The translations under genes were made by a program, and so were the position numbers. This document shows positions 7,405-17,538 of a stretch of 41,413 nucleotides of DNA, in pieces. A model generated the notes under the pieces. It had not been told where the DNA came from. It saw only the letters and a list, made by a program, of their open reading frames with translations, and did not search any database. The DNA is from an uncultured Nitrospiraceae bacterium (GTDB taxonomy: Bacteria > Nitrospirota > Thermodesulfovibrionia > Thermodesulfovibrionales > SM23-35): contig CAZLFE010000001.1 of assembly GCA_964558725.1 (NCBI GenBank), positions 45,999 to 87,411 of the forward strand, given 5' to 3'. Within the stretch, counting starts at the first letter, position 1. Each line of letters opens with the position of its first letter.

Positions 7405-10400
7405 CTACTCTACCCAGAGAGCCGGTTTCAGTGTCCGCATTGTTTCCTGAGAGGCTTCGAGAGAGAGACAATATGCTCCTCTATACCTTCCGAGCTTCAT
7501 TAGTTGCTCGGCAACAGTAATAAGGTACTCCCCGGTTGCTGGTAACTTAGCTGTAATTTCATTAGGGAGCGCACTTCGGTCTATTTTAATAAACAAGACT
7601 CCGGGTATTTTGGCTGCAAGCATTAGGGACGCCCGCTTTCCTGAACCAGCTCCTGGTGGCTCAGCATTCAGCCGAATAGTGACCAATTCTCCCTTGACTC
7701 CATTGAATTTAAAGATATCCTGGTCAAGGATAGATGGCTTAGGATCATTGCCAAGAATAGAGCAGAGGGTAGCCTTTTTTATTACTGTTACTGCCACATT
7801 ATCAAATGCCACATCAATTCCATCGCTAACCATAAGCTCTAATACATAGGTGCCCGCTATATCAGGTTTAAAGGAAGCAGATACAGTAGTTGCTCCTAAA
7901 ACGTCCTCATTGCTCATTTGACTTCCAGTAGGTACAGACACAAATCTCCAGCTATACATAAGAGGTTCTGGGCCATTATCTGGATCATTACTTGCCGAAC
8001 CATCAAGAGTAACTGTTTCACCCAGATAGAGAGTCATATCAGGTCCGGCATTGGCATTAGGCGGAACATTTGGAGTAGTAGCCATAATGTGTACCCTATC
8101 CACAGATGAAAGTTCACCATCATTCACATTGAGACCGATAATGTAGGTGCCATCTACATCAGGTATAAAGCTGGCACAACCATTATTCCTATTGGTAATA
8201 TAATCATTGGTAAGGAAGCTTCCGTAAGGGATAGAGTCAAAACTCCAAAGGTAAGATAAAGGCTGAGGGCCGTTATCCGGATCGTTGCTTCCAATAGCAT
8301 CGAGGCAAACCGTCTCACCAGTAAAAACATACTGATCAGGTCCCGCATTTGCATTAGGTGCAACATTCGGAGTGGCAGCAACAATTACTACCTCATCCGT
8401 AGCACTGTCAAGAACACCGTCGTTGACAATCAGTTTCAGCTTGTAAGTGCCAACACCATCTGGTATAAACGTCGGTTTAGCGCTGGTAATGTCTGAAAGT
8501 GCTGCATCTGCAATATTGCTACTATCAGGAACTTCTATGAATGTCCATAGGAATGTTATCAGGGCACCTTCTGGGTCATAACTTTCGCTTCCATTTAAAG
8601 CAACAAGCTTATTAGTCATGACATTCTGATCTTGCCCTGCATTGGCAACAGGAGGCTGGTTAGGGATGCTGGCTGAATCAGCAGGGTTTGAACCTCCTAA
8701 ATATTCTTGCAGATTGCTAAACCCATCCTTGTCCTTATCAGCCGAAGCATCATTCACGTTAGGATTCAAATCATAAGTGACTTCCCATCCATCTGGCATA
8801 CCATCATTATCACTATCTTTATTTTTAGGATTCGTACCACGCTGATACTCATTGAGATTAGTTAATCCATCATTGTCATGATCTAAATTGGCATCCGCTG
8901 GGTTATTGGGATCAAGCCCATGATCTATTTCCCATTCATCAGGCATGCCATCCCTGTCTGAATCAAAGAGGCTCAATGAATATGTGAAGGTTGTTTCTTT
9001 TATGCTTTTCAAGCCTCCTGCTGTAAGCATGGCTTTTAATATATAATTCCCAGGTTCAACTATCCCTATATCAATGTTCAGAGTAGAAAAACCATGGAGT
9101 GAAACCACTTGAGTCTTTATTGTGTTCCCGTTAAGTTGAAGTTCGAGGATTGCATCAACTGTAGCATACATGCTAACTGTTACATTCACAGCTTCATTGT
9201 TTGTCGGATAGGCAGTTTTATCCGTTGAAATACCCGTAAGCACAGCGTCACCAACGTCAAATGCCTCAAAGCCTGATACAAGCAGTAAATCCCCAGCGTA
9301 TATCCCATATACAAGGCGGTGAATGCCAGAAACGGAAGTGGATAGAGAATAGGCATTAGAGTATAGTAAAGGCTCAGAAGATGAAAGAGCAATACCACTT
9401 TCTCCCGTGTTTGTATATTTCCCCTCGGAGTCAACTATCCATGTCTTTAAAGTCGCTGATAGGTTCTGATTACTTTCAATAGTAAAATTCATGTTTAAAG
9501 TATCCGATGAGGCATATTTTCCTTTATTAAGGGCTGACTCTTTAATTTTTACAGAAATACCTGACACATCAAAGGCATGATTGCCTGTATAGGTCTCCCC
9601 GTTGAGTGCTAAGAAATTAAAACCGGTGTAATATGTTCCTGCGACCATCGTAGAGGGCAAAGTAAAGCTCTTTGTGGCTTGCCCTGTGAAAGCAAATGTC
9701 TCTGCATAATTTGGTGCTGATAGTGTAAGTGTTCCAGTAACTCCCGATTCCCAACTTTCGACTCGCATGGTTACTATTTCACCGGGATTATATACCTGCT
9801 TGTTGGTCGTTATTGTTATTACATCCCCTACTTCATATATATAGAGAGAGTTTAGGTGTATAGAGCGGCCTGATTCATGGTATATGCCATAGAAGAGTTT
9901 CTCACCAGTAATCTCTGTTAGAGGGATATCAAAAGTTAAAGTCTCAACCCCATCCAATGTAAAAAACTGCTTATCTTCATATCCATTGTAATTAATCCTA
10001 GCAAAAAGATTTAGACTCCCGACCCCTGACTCCTGACTCACGACTATGGTGAGATGTGCTGTTTCTCCTTCGTAGTAGCATAGTTTATCAAGGGTTACAT
10101 TAACACTCAGGCTAATTCCTTCAAGATGATATTTTACTTGACCCTTGTTCCCTGATCCTTGATCAGCTAATTCATACTCTGCAAAGTAATCCTTTCCCTC
10201 TAAATCTTCTGGTAGCAGGAAGGTAAAAGTTATGGCCTTTTCTTCATTAGGCATTAGCCATTCTTTTTGTGTAGAATCTGTCAGATCATATGCTTTGAAA
10301 TGAAAGACGAAAGCCCCTTCCTTATTACCTATATTTTTAATTTTAAACGTGAATGTAGCTTCTTCGCCTTTCTTAAAAGTCTGATAGGGTGGTGATTGTA

Positions 10401-13400
10401 TTATCTGGAATTTCGGACCATAAACAGTAAAGGGTGAACTATGAACTACTAACTGCTGCCCACTATTATTAAGAAACTCTGCTTTCAGGATATAATTCCC
10501 GGGTTCAATAGCAGAAGGATTGATATAGAAAGTTAAGAATTGATAATTCTGAGGTAAGAGTTGAGCAACAACCTGCGTACCATTCCATACGGTTTGTGCT
10601 GAGACCGTCGAAGGGCTAATATTGAGATTTACGCTGCCATCAATTTCATTGTATCCAAGGTTTGAGAGATTAACTATTACTGGAATAAGTTTATCTGCCT
10701 GTGCTCCTGCAGAGATTGATATCCCTACTTTATTCTCTTTCCTGACTGAAAAGTTTGCCTGAATAGAAGCGGCTGACTGATTGCAGTTAGTAGTTAACTG
10801 ATATTCTCCTTCTGTTAGATCAAAATATAGTGTATCTTCTGTATTTGCTCCTGCTAATAAGTAATATTTTCTTGACTGCTGATTAACGATTAATGACTGT
10901 TGGGTAAGTTGGTAATTTATTTCTAATATTTCATCCAACTGCCCTATATTGGTAATGATTACCGGTACTGCAACTTTGCCCTCTGGATAGAAATTAAAGG
11001 GGTTAATAGCTATTGATGCTGCTTGACCGTATGTAACTGCTTTTATTATTGTCTGGTTTAGATCGCCTGTAAATGTAAATGAACAGGCCGTGTCACTTGC
11101 TATCTGTTGGATGTACTGCATGAGTTTTGTTTCACCAGTAGGTATTGTTATAGTCTGTATTTGATTATCGACTGAGGACTGAAGACTGATAACTGCTGTT
11201 ATTTCTCCTTCATTCTTCATCTCCACATTTATATAAAATGGCTTATTACCAACTACATCAGGTGTTGAAACTGTTGCTGTTACCTTTGGACTTGCAACCT
11301 CATAACTATCTGTTATCTCTACCAGAGTTGAATTATTCTGAATAACCTTTCCAATAAGTGAGTAAGTCCCCTCACTATTTGCAGTAGCTGTTACACTAAA
11401 CGGATAACTTCCATTGGCAGGCACGTCAAAGGTGGCTGTATAAATATTCTGGTTTTGGGCTGATAGCTGAAGGCTAAGTGCTGATGCTGTAATAGATGAT
11501 AAATTCTTAACCTCCCCTGCAATTGTTATTGTTTCACCTGATTTATAGATTTTCTTGTCTGGTGATAAAAGTAAAGCAGTATTGGTTTCAATTATATAAA
11601 ATGGATATTCAGATTTTACTATTGTTTGACCAAGGTTGTTTTTCAATTCTGCCTGGAGATAAAGCTTGCCAGTAGCATTGAGAGTGCTGATGTTGTTTGT
11701 GTAGTCTTGAGTAGTGTTGGCAGATTGAGTGATAGGAATGGTAGTTTCAAACAGGGCTTCAGCACCGCTTATAATTGGAACCATCTTCTGGATGCGATTA
11801 TTATCAGCATCTGATACATACATATAACCATCGGGGTCTATAGCTATACCAGCAGGCCAAGCAAACTTCCCATCTTCGCTACCATAACTTCCCCATTTAG
11901 CTATAAAGTTACCACTACTATCAAATTTCTGTATGCGGTTGTTACCACTGTCCGCCACATATACAGACCCATTAAGATCAGTGGCTATGCCTTCAGGATA
12001 ATAAAATTTTCCATCGCATGGCTGGTCGGGGATATTGTCCCCGTTAATGTCAGTTTTGCAGGATCCTCCCCAGTTTAAGATAAAGTCACCATTATCACTG
12101 AACTTCTGGATACGGTAATATTCGGCTACATACACGAAACCATCGGGGGATATAGAAATCGCAAAAGGAAATTTAAACTCTCCAGAAAAAGTACCATAAC
12201 TCCCCCACTTCGTAATAAAATTTCCGTTACTATCAAATTTTTGGATGCGATTGTTATTTTGATCTGCTACATAAACAAAGCCATAAGGGGATACAGCCAC
12301 GTCCATAGGTAAACTGAACTGCCCATCCCCATTGCCCAAGCTTCCCCACTTTGTGATAAGGTTTCCACTGCTGTCAAACTTCTGGATGCGGTGATTCCAT
12401 GTATCTGCTACATACACAGAGCCATCAGAGGATACAGCAATACCCTTGGGACAATTAAACTGTCCATCTCCAATACCCCAACTCCCCCATTCAGTTATAA
12501 AATTGCCATTACTGTCAAATTTCTGGATTCGATTGTTCCCTTCTTCCACTACATACACAAAACCATCAAGGCCAATAGCTATTCCATCAGGAAGATTAAA
12601 AGGTAACCCTCCTGTCTTTGGGAGAAAATGGGCAAACTGCAATGTACCAGCTTTTATCTTGTTTACAATTACCTTCAAACTTCCATCTTCAATATCAAAT
12701 TGCCCATTAACAATTCTGGAAGTGGTTGTTATATCTTCTGTTTTAAGATATACTTCTTTGCCTGTTCTTGTGTTTAGGATACTGTTTATACCAATAATCT
12801 TTATAACAAAAGAAGTAGAAGTCTTTTGAGCCCAGCTATCTAATACTTCCGCATAAAGATGATAATTACCATTTGCTGTCTGAAAAGGTATCTGAAAACT
12901 ATAAACCTTTGTGTCTCCTGCCAAAATAATATCAGTAATGGTATTCTTATACACGTCAACTTCTTTCATATCATTTAATTTCACTGTATGCTGTAATGTA
13001 GTATCCACTCCACCAGTGTTCTCGACCGTCAGACTGATCGTATCCCCTGCTGTAAGTGTAGTTGGCCCTGCATAGCCGATAGCCAATGAGGGTCCAGGAA
13101 CTGCAAGGCTCGTGATCCTTGTGGTGCTGCTTCCCGAGGGAAGAGCAAGAGTAACAATCACATTGAGTTGGTTTGCTGTAACGTCGTCAGGAATAAAAAT
13201 AGAATATTTAATTTGTTGAGACACCTCCTGAGGGTTGATTGATGAAACACCTTTTGTATTAGAATAATTAGCATCTGGCACTGAAACCGTCACAGACACA
13301 TTTTCCTGATCAAATTTCCCTGTGTTTTTTAAATCCACAGTGAGATCTGCCATCTCTCTTATCCTGTAAGAAGACTTGTCCCAGGTGAGGACAATTGTAG

Positions 13401-16400
13401 CGGTATTGGGAATAATAATAGTTGTTGGCTCACCTGTTCGTGTCTCATCAGACTGTCTATATGTCAGGTTATAGTTACCAAATTTAAGTGACGGAATGTA
13501 GATAGAAATATCCATCGCCCTACTTTCACCAATTGCTAAGCTTAAAGGGTAGCTTCCTGAATAAAGCAAACTTCCAGATGGATCCATCAGGCTTACATCA
13601 AAAACCCCAGAGGAAATATTAATCCTTCCTGTATTTGTAATAGTAATAGGGAGGGTATTAGTACCTGAGGTAAAAGTAATTCCCAGATTAGGTATAACTA
13701 AAATTTGGCTTTGGGGAAGCTCAAAGCTTATTGAGTTTGATGAGACAAGTCTGGTCCCATACCAAACCTCTATCCTAACTGTGTACGTACCCATCTCAGA
13801 GGTTGAAGGCAAAATAAAACTATCAGGCACAGTTACAGTCCCATATGGTGAGAGGTTTACTGTTTTGATATCCTCGAATATTATTCTATTTTGAGGATCT
13901 GTAACTGTTATTTTTACATCTGATCGCCAAGCAGCAGGAGAGTTGTTTTTCAGTGAGGCGTCTATAGATACATTTTCGTCTTTTACATAAAAAGCCTTAT
14001 CCGTCTTAGGTATAACAGTTGCAGAAGGAAAAACCATCCAGAAACCCTTTTCTGCATATCCTACTACTTCTCTATCCTCGTCATAGAATCTTGCCCTGAG
14101 TCTGTCACCGCTGATAACTTTATCAAGAGTAAATGTAAAACTTGCATTACCTTTAGCTGGGATAATTAGAGTTTTATTAAAATACTCATCCCACCCTAAT
14201 CCATTATGTGGAAACCCCCATGCCGCTTTTATCTGCCGATCTGCATCGGTATTATTCCAGATGTTGAAAGTAAAAACAGCTGTTGCGCCGTGAACATAAT
14301 ATTCTGCATCACTCTGAATAGAGAAATTAAAATCTGGACTCTTATAGGGATTGTCCGGTGGATTACTAATAATAAAACGTCCAGAATCCGTCTCAGCCTG
14401 TGGCTGGATAATTACACTATCTTTGTCATAAAGCTCATAGTCAATATGATATATACCTAAGGCAGAGGTTGAATCAGAGCTAAAGGAGGCAGGAATTTTA
14501 ATAGATTGGCTTGCGGGAATGGAAGTTGTAACTGTCTGCTCTGAAAGCACATTTTTCCTATCTGGGTCATAAATCAGCAACTTCACAAATGAAGCATCTA
14601 TGTTTGTATAGTTCATCACATTCACCGACACTGACACCGTTTGCTCCTGTTTAATTTCAGGCAATTGGTCAGGCTTCTTTGCCCAAGAAATTATATCCCT
14701 CATCAGATCGATTTCTTCCTTTGATGTTTGGCTGTGGCCAGAAGCCCAGTCTGAATACATGCTAGTTACTATCACCTTTCCCTGACCATAATAATACATG
14801 AGCATGGCAGACTGACCGTTAGCGGTTCGTCTTAAAAGCACAGTCGCATTAGAAGGATAATTCGTAAAGTATCCATCTACATTTAACGTAGGTGTGCTTT
14901 TGTTTTGTCCAGCAAGGATTTGATGATATGTGTCAATGTATACTGCATTAGAAAAGCATGATTGGTCTTCAGCCCATCCATACCCTGAAATATGTTTGAA
15001 CGCACCATCTGCTTCTTGTGGAACTGGAAGAACAGAAAATTCATAGCCATGCTGCTGTGCAAAGACTATGAGTGTGCCACCACTTTTGACATATTCATCT
15101 AACTTAGCTTTAAAAATATTTGAATTTTCTAAGCCATATAATCCACCTGAAGGGATAACCATTACTGGATGGTCTTTTACCAGTGAAGGCTCAAAATCTA
15201 ATCCTTGAAACGATACAGGTTCTTTTAGCCTTAACATCAATGAGATAGAAGGATTGTAAAAGCCATATGCAAACAGTGCTATGTCAGGAGTACCCTTCCA
15301 ATCGTTTTCCGCTTGATTCCTTCTTTCTTCAAGTTTCTCACTTATAGCTTGTAATTCTGCCTCTATTTGATCTTTAGTCTCTTGAGGTGCATCTTTATAT
15401 GTTGTTCGTCCTTCAATAAATATCTCCATAAACCTCTTTTTATACCAAACCCCGATCTTACCTTTCTTGATGGCTGTCCTGAGGTAAAAATCTGCAAGGT
15501 CTACTTCAGAAAGTCCAAACTCCTTTTCCCAGTAGAATTCATCGCTGACATCAAATCTGTCATCAGGATGATCACCGCCAGGGGTAAGAAGGCCAAGGTA
15601 TGAAATCATATAATCTGACTGATCTCTGCAAGGCTCATTCACAGATTTATATATGGAGTCTATGCAACATGCCGTATGTTGAATGGCTTCGGGGACAAGT
15701 TCATTTACATTTTTCATAAGCCTTTCTTCATTAAGTACATAATAAATTTTTCCGTGTTCATCCTTAAATGCATCATAAAGTTCTTCCTCATTGGGATATT
15801 TGTGGCTGATATTTGCTAAATCTTTCATAAGTTTATCTATTTCTCGAGCATTATAAGTACAGTTCCCGCTCAGATACTTATCCACAGTAACGTTTTCTTT
15901 AAAACCACTCAAATTAACAATCTTATCCCAATGGTCATTCACATAATTCTCAAAGGGTTTTGTGGAGACATGTACGTCATCTGTGGTATGAGATGGCACA
16001 GCCATATCCTGAAGGAGGTGCAATATCCTGCCAAAATAGTCATAGAGTTTTCTTTTATCCCCTTCTGTTAACGGAGAGCTTTTGAGCTTGCACTGGAGAT
16101 CCTTTATCTCCCAAAGATAATCCCTTGCCCTTTTAGTGGCAGGGCTCCAACTACCCTTGAGTCCCTTACCTGTATCTGGATTATAGAAATGCTGGAAAAA
16201 ATTCCCCCAGCCATTAGATCCAATGGGAGAGTCATTGATATACCAGTTCAACAATTTATTGGTATCCTCATCATGTGCGCCAATGCGGAGGGAAGGAAGA
16301 GCTATATCAGCAAAATCTTCAAAAGGTTTTTCACCTTCATGTACTTTCTTTTTAAGAAGCATACCTTCTGCTGTGAGTGTATCGTGGCCTCCATAATATT

Positions 16401-16557
16401 CGCCTTGAACGGCTTTTTCGCTGGTGTATTCTTTTTGTCCTTTACTTTTATCTTGTATGTCCACCCAATTTGGATTATTATCAAAACCTTCCAATGAAGA
16501 GACAACAGAGGTTACCAATACTAATGCGAAGATAACAGAAATAATTCTCTGAATCAC
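7405..16557 (-). CDS. Giant (3050 aa) secreted multidomain surface or adhesin-like protein
   Basis: One uninterrupted ORF. The GTG start at 16555-16557 is preceded by AGGAG and a 7-nt spacer. The signal peptide is MIQRIISVIFALVLVTSVVSS. Domain calls are listed as separate features. Confidence 0.92.
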   Translation of the reverse strand: MIQRIISVIFALVLVTSVVSSLEGFDNNPNWVDIQDKSKGQKEYTSEKAVQGEYYGGHDTLTAEGMLLKKKVHEGEKPFEDFADIALPSLRIGAHDEDTNKLLNWYINDSPIGSNGWGNFFQHFYNPDTGKGLKGSWSPATKRARDYLWEIKDLQCKLKSSPLTEGDKRKLYDYFGRILHLLQDMAVPSHTTDDVHVSTKPFENYVNDHWDKIVNLSGFKENVTVDKYLSGNCTYNAREIDKLMKDLANISHKYPNEEELYDAFKDEHGKIYYVLNEERLMKNVNELVPEAIQHTACCIDSIYKSVNEPCRDQSDYMISYLGLLTPGGDHPDDRFDVSDEFYWEKEFGLSEVDLADFYLRTAIKKGKIGVWYKKRFMEIFIEGRTTYKDAPQETKDQIEAELQAISEKLEERRNQAENDWKGTPDIALFAYGFYNPSISLMLRLKEPVSFQGLDFEPSLVKDHPVMVIPSGGLYGLENSNIFKAKLDEYVKSGGTLIVFAQQHGYEFSVLPVPQEADGAFKHISGYGWAEDQSCFSNAVYIDTYHQILAGQNKSTPTLNVDGYFTNYPSNATVLLRRTANGQSAMLMYYYGQGKVIVTSMYSDWASGHSQTSKEEIDLMRDIISWAKKPDQLPEIKQEQTVSVSVNVMNYTNIDASFVKLLIYDPDRKNVLSEQTVTTSIPASQSIKIPASFSSDSTSALGIYHIDYELYDKDSVIIQPQAETDSGRFIISNPPDNPYKSPDFNFSIQSDAEYYVHGATAVFTFNIWNNTDADRQIKAAWGFPHNGLGWDEYFNKTLIIPAKGNASFTFTLDKVISGDRLRARFYDEDREVVGYAEKGFWMVFPSATVIPKTDKAFYVKDENVSIDASLKNNSPAAWRSDVKITVTDPQNRIIFEDIKTVNLSPYGTVTVPDSFILPSTSEMGTYTVRIEVWYGTRLVSSNSISFELPQSQILVIPNLGITFTSGTNTLPITITNTGRINISSGVFDVSLMDPSGSLLYSGSYPLSLAIGESRAMDISIYIPSLKFGNYNLTYRQSDETRTGEPTTIIIPNTATIVLTWDKSSYRIREMADLTVDLKNTGKFDQENVSVTVSVPDANYSNTKGVSSINPQEVSQQIKYSIFIPDDVTANQLNVIVTLALPSGSSTTRITSLAVPGPSLAIGYAGPTTLTAGDTISLTVENTGGVDTTLQHTVKLNDMKEVDVYKNTITDIILAGDTKVYSFQIPFQTANGNYHLYAEVLDSWAQKTSTSFVIKIIGINSILNTRTGKEVYLKTEDITTTSRIVNGQFDIEDGSLKVIVNKIKAGTLQFAHFLPKTGGLPFNLPDGIAIGLDGFVYVVEEGNNRIQKFDSNGNFITEWGSWGIGDGQFNCPKGIAVSSDGSVYVADTWNHRIQKFDSSGNLITKWGSLGNGDGQFSLPMDVAVSPYGFVYVADQNNNRIQKFDSNGNFITKWGSYGTFSGEFKFPFAISISPDGFVYVAEYYRIQKFSDNGDFILNWGGSCKTDINGDNIPDQPCDGKFYYPEGIATDLNGSVYVADSGNNRIQKFDSSGNFIAKWGSYGSEDGKFAWPAGIAIDPDGYMYVSDADNNRIQKMVPIISGAEALFETTIPITQSANTTQDYTNNISTLNATGKLYLQAELKNNLGQTIVKSEYPFYIIETNTALLLSPDKKIYKSGETITIAGEVKNLSSITASALSLQLSAQNQNIYTATFDVPANGSYPFSVTATANSEGTYSLIGKVIQNNSTLVEITDSYEVASPKVTATVSTPDVVGNKPFYINVEMKNEGEITAVISLQSSVDNQIQTITIPTGETKLMQYIQQIASDTACSFTFTGDLNQTIIKAVTYGQAASIAINPFNFYPEGKVAVPVIITNIGQLDEILEINYQLTQQSLIVNQQSRKYYLLAGANTEDTLYFDLTEGEYQLTTNCNQSAASIQANFSVRKENKVGISISAGAQADKLIPVIVNLSNLGYNEIDGSVNLNISPSTVSAQTVWNGTQVVAQLLPQNYQFLTFYINPSAIEPGNYILKAEFLNNSGQQLVVHSSPFTVYGPKFQIIQSPPYQTFKKGEEATFTFKIKNIGNKEGAFVFHFKAYDLTDSTQKEWLMPNEEKAITFTFLLPEDLEGKDYFAEYELADQGSGNKGQVKYHLEGISLSVNVTLDKLCYYEGETAHLTIVVSQESGVGSLNLFARINYNGYEDKQFFTLDGVETLTFDIPLTEITGEKLFYGIYHESGRSIHLNSLYIYEVGDVITITTNKQVYNPGEIVTMRVESWESGVTGTLTLSAPNYAETFAFTGQATKSFTLPSTMVAGTYYTGFNFLALNGETYTGNHAFDVSGISVKIKESALNKGKYASSDTLNMNFTIESNQNLSATLKTWIVDSEGKYTNTGESGIALSSSEPLLYSNAYSLSTSVSGIHRLVYGIYAGDLLLVSGFEAFDVGDAVLTGISTDKTAYPTNNEAVNVTVSMYATVDAILELQLNGNTIKTQVVSLHGFSTLNIDIGIVEPGNYILKAMLTAGGLKSIKETTFTYSLSLFDSDRDGMPDEWEIDHGLDPNNPADANLDHDNDGLTNLNEYQRGTNPKNKDSDNDGMPDGWEVTYDLNPNVNDASADKDKDGFSNLQEYLGGSNPADSASIPNQPPVANAGQDQNVMTNKLVALNGSESYDPEGALITFLWTFIEVPDSSNIADAALSDITSAKPTFIPDGVGTYKLKLIVNDGVLDSATDEVVIVAATPNVAPNANAGPDQYVFTGETVCLDAIGSNDPDNGPQPLSYLWSFDSIPYGSFLTNDYITNRNNGCASFIPDVDGTYIIGLNVNDGELSSVDRVHIMATTPNVPPNANAGPDMTLYLGETVTLDGSASNDPDNGPEPLMYSWRFVSVPTGSQMSNEDVLGATTVSASFKPDIAGTYVLELMVSDGIDVAFDNVAVTVIKKATLCSILGNDPKPSILDQDIFKFNGVKGELVTIRLNAEPPGAGSGKRASLMLAAKIPGVLFIKIDRSALPNEITAKLPATGEYLITVAEQLMKLGRYRGAYCLSLEASQETMRTLKPALWVE
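7450..7740 (-). other. Domain of the giant protein: C-terminal pre-peptidase (PPC)-like domain
   Basis: The pattern DIFKFNGVKGELVTIRLNA...GEYLITVAE...GAYCLSLE resembles bacterial PPC domains. Confidence 0.45.
7777..8661 (-). other. Domain of the giant protein: three PKD/Ig-like repeats
   Basis: Three units each begin P(P/N)(V/A)NAG(Q/P)D and contain ...L.GS.S.DPD...L.Y.W.F...P... and ...GTY...L.V.DG. Confidence 0.75.
8680..8967 (-). other. Domain of the giant protein: thrombospondin-type-3-like calcium-binding repeats
   Basis: Three DxDxDG units are present: DSDRDGMPDEWE...DHDNDGLTNLNEY...DSDNDGMPDGWE...DKDKDGFSNLQEY. Confidence 0.8.
8998..11760 (-). other. Domain array of the giant protein: CARDB/Ig-like repeats, second block
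   Basis: Examples are VEMKNEGEITAVISL, VIITNIGQLDEILEI, VNLSNLGYNEIDGSV and FKIKNIGNKEGAFVF. This covers aa ~1600-2520. Confidence 0.5.
11782..12630 (-). other. Domain of the giant protein: six-blade NHL-repeat beta-propeller
   Basis: Six copies of ...G.VYVAD..NNRIQKFDS.GNFI..WGS.G.GDGQF..P.GIA.. span aa ~1310-1592. The fifth blade carries a Cys-containing insert. Confidence 0.85.
12778..14652 (-). other. Domain array of the giant protein: CARDB/Ig-like repeats, first block
   Basis: A recurrent motif of the form xTNTG/KNxG with beta-strand periodicity (ITITNTGRINISSG, VDLKNTGKFDQENV, LTVENTGGVDTTL). This covers aa ~636-1260. Confidence 0.5.
15943..16395 (-). other. Domain of the giant protein: zinc-dependent phospholipase C / P1-nuclease-fold-like
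   Basis: QHFYNPDTGKG and ILHLLQDMAVPSH reproduce the spacing of Bacillus cereus PLC (SHFYDPD; LHYLGDVNQPMH, i.e. H-x3-D-x5-H). This covers aa ~55-205. Confidence 0.6.
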
Positions 16558-16583
16558 ATTATCACTCCTGTTTATCCTCCTGT

Positions 16584-17336
16584 TTATCTTTGAAGTTTTT
16601 GTTGAATTCTTTTTATTGCATTATCTAAATCTTGCGGTCGGAAAAATCTTATTTCTTTTGATTTCTTCAAATTTATGATCGCCTTTTTGTATTCTCCTTT
16701 TGTCTCATATAATAGACCTACTTGCTCAAGGATTATGCTGAAGTGAGATCTAGTTTTTTCTGTTTCGGGATACTTTTCTAAATATTTTTCATGCTTTGTA
16801 ATTGCATAATCCAACTCCCATGCATCACATCCTCCTTCGACTGCTGGGACCTCAACAAAAAAACGGCCAGTGAGACAGTAGTTATAAAGTGCCTGAAGAT
16901 GAGAAAAATATTCACTCTCTGTCCTCTCTTCGGGTTTTATGTTTATAGTCACATCGGCTTTGTCTTCTGCTAAGAACTGCGTCAAACTTGTGCTGCCACC
17001 TCTATCATCAACAGTGCTTACCCCTACCCCAAAGGTCTCTACAGTTGTCCCAAATCCAACAGGGAAAGATGGCCTCTTAAATCTCTTTGAAGGGATTATA
17101 AACCTACCATTATTATCTGTTCTTGTATGAGGTGGGTCTACAGATAAATAATTGTGCACTTCTCCTGCGACAGTCTTTGTTTTAATCCCTAATGTTGCTG
17201 TTACCCACGCATTCTCCACGGGTTGCTTTGTCTCTGCATCGAGCACCACCCCCTTTATCTCGGGAGTTTTAATATTGCAGCCCGTAACACTAATCAATAA
17301 TATGCCCAGAAACACAACTGTTAAATTTTTAAGCAT
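16584..17336 (-). CDS. Lipoprotein with a carboxypeptidase-regulatory-like N-domain and a TPR-like C-terminus
   Basis: A lipobox is present (LLISVTG-C). The N-domain reads GVVLDAETKQPVENAWVTA. The ATG is preceded by AAGGAG and a 6-nt spacer. The stop lies 26 nt upstream of the giant gene start. Confidence 0.8.
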   Translation of the reverse strand: MLKNLTVVFLGILLISVTGCNIKTPEIKGVVLDAETKQPVENAWVTATLGIKTKTVAGEVHNYLSVDPPHTRTDNNGRFIIPSKRFKRPSFPVGFGTTVETFGVGVSTVDDRGGSTSLTQFLAEDKADVTINIKPEERTESEYFSHLQALYNYCLTGRFFVEVPAVEGGCDAWELDYAITKHEKYLEKYPETEKTRSHFSIILEQVGLLYETKGEYKKAIINLKKSKEIRFFRPQDLDNAIKRIQQKLQR

Positions 17337-17411
17337 TTTTGTCTCCTTACTGCAAAATGTGAAGAATTTTTCTTTCTCTCATCAATGGCTTTTCATTCAT
17401 TTTTTTTTGCT

Positions 17412-17455
17412 CAAACACAAAAGCCCATCTTTAGTCTTTCTGACCAAAAATGGGC
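17412..17455 (-). terminator. Strong intrinsic terminator or attenuator inside the leader of the lipoprotein/giant-protein operon
   Basis: On the minus strand, gcccatttttggtc-agaaa-gactaaagatgggc forms 14 contiguous pairs (2 G-U), followed by ttttgtgtttg. Confidence 0.7.
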
Positions 17456-17538
17456 TCATTATCATCTTCCCCCCGATGCTCCCCTCTTATTACAACGTCA
17501 GGAGCGGATGAAGGCTAACGGCAATGAATATGACCGTA

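Noticed and set aside
7610-16505. Many 60-127-aa ORFs antisense or out of frame within the giant gene (for example 12446-12829 and 16189-16497)
   Set aside because: They are nested in a continuous 9.15-kb ORF with clear domain content. The NHL repeat region in particular gives long antisense open frames. There is no independent start or SD evidence.
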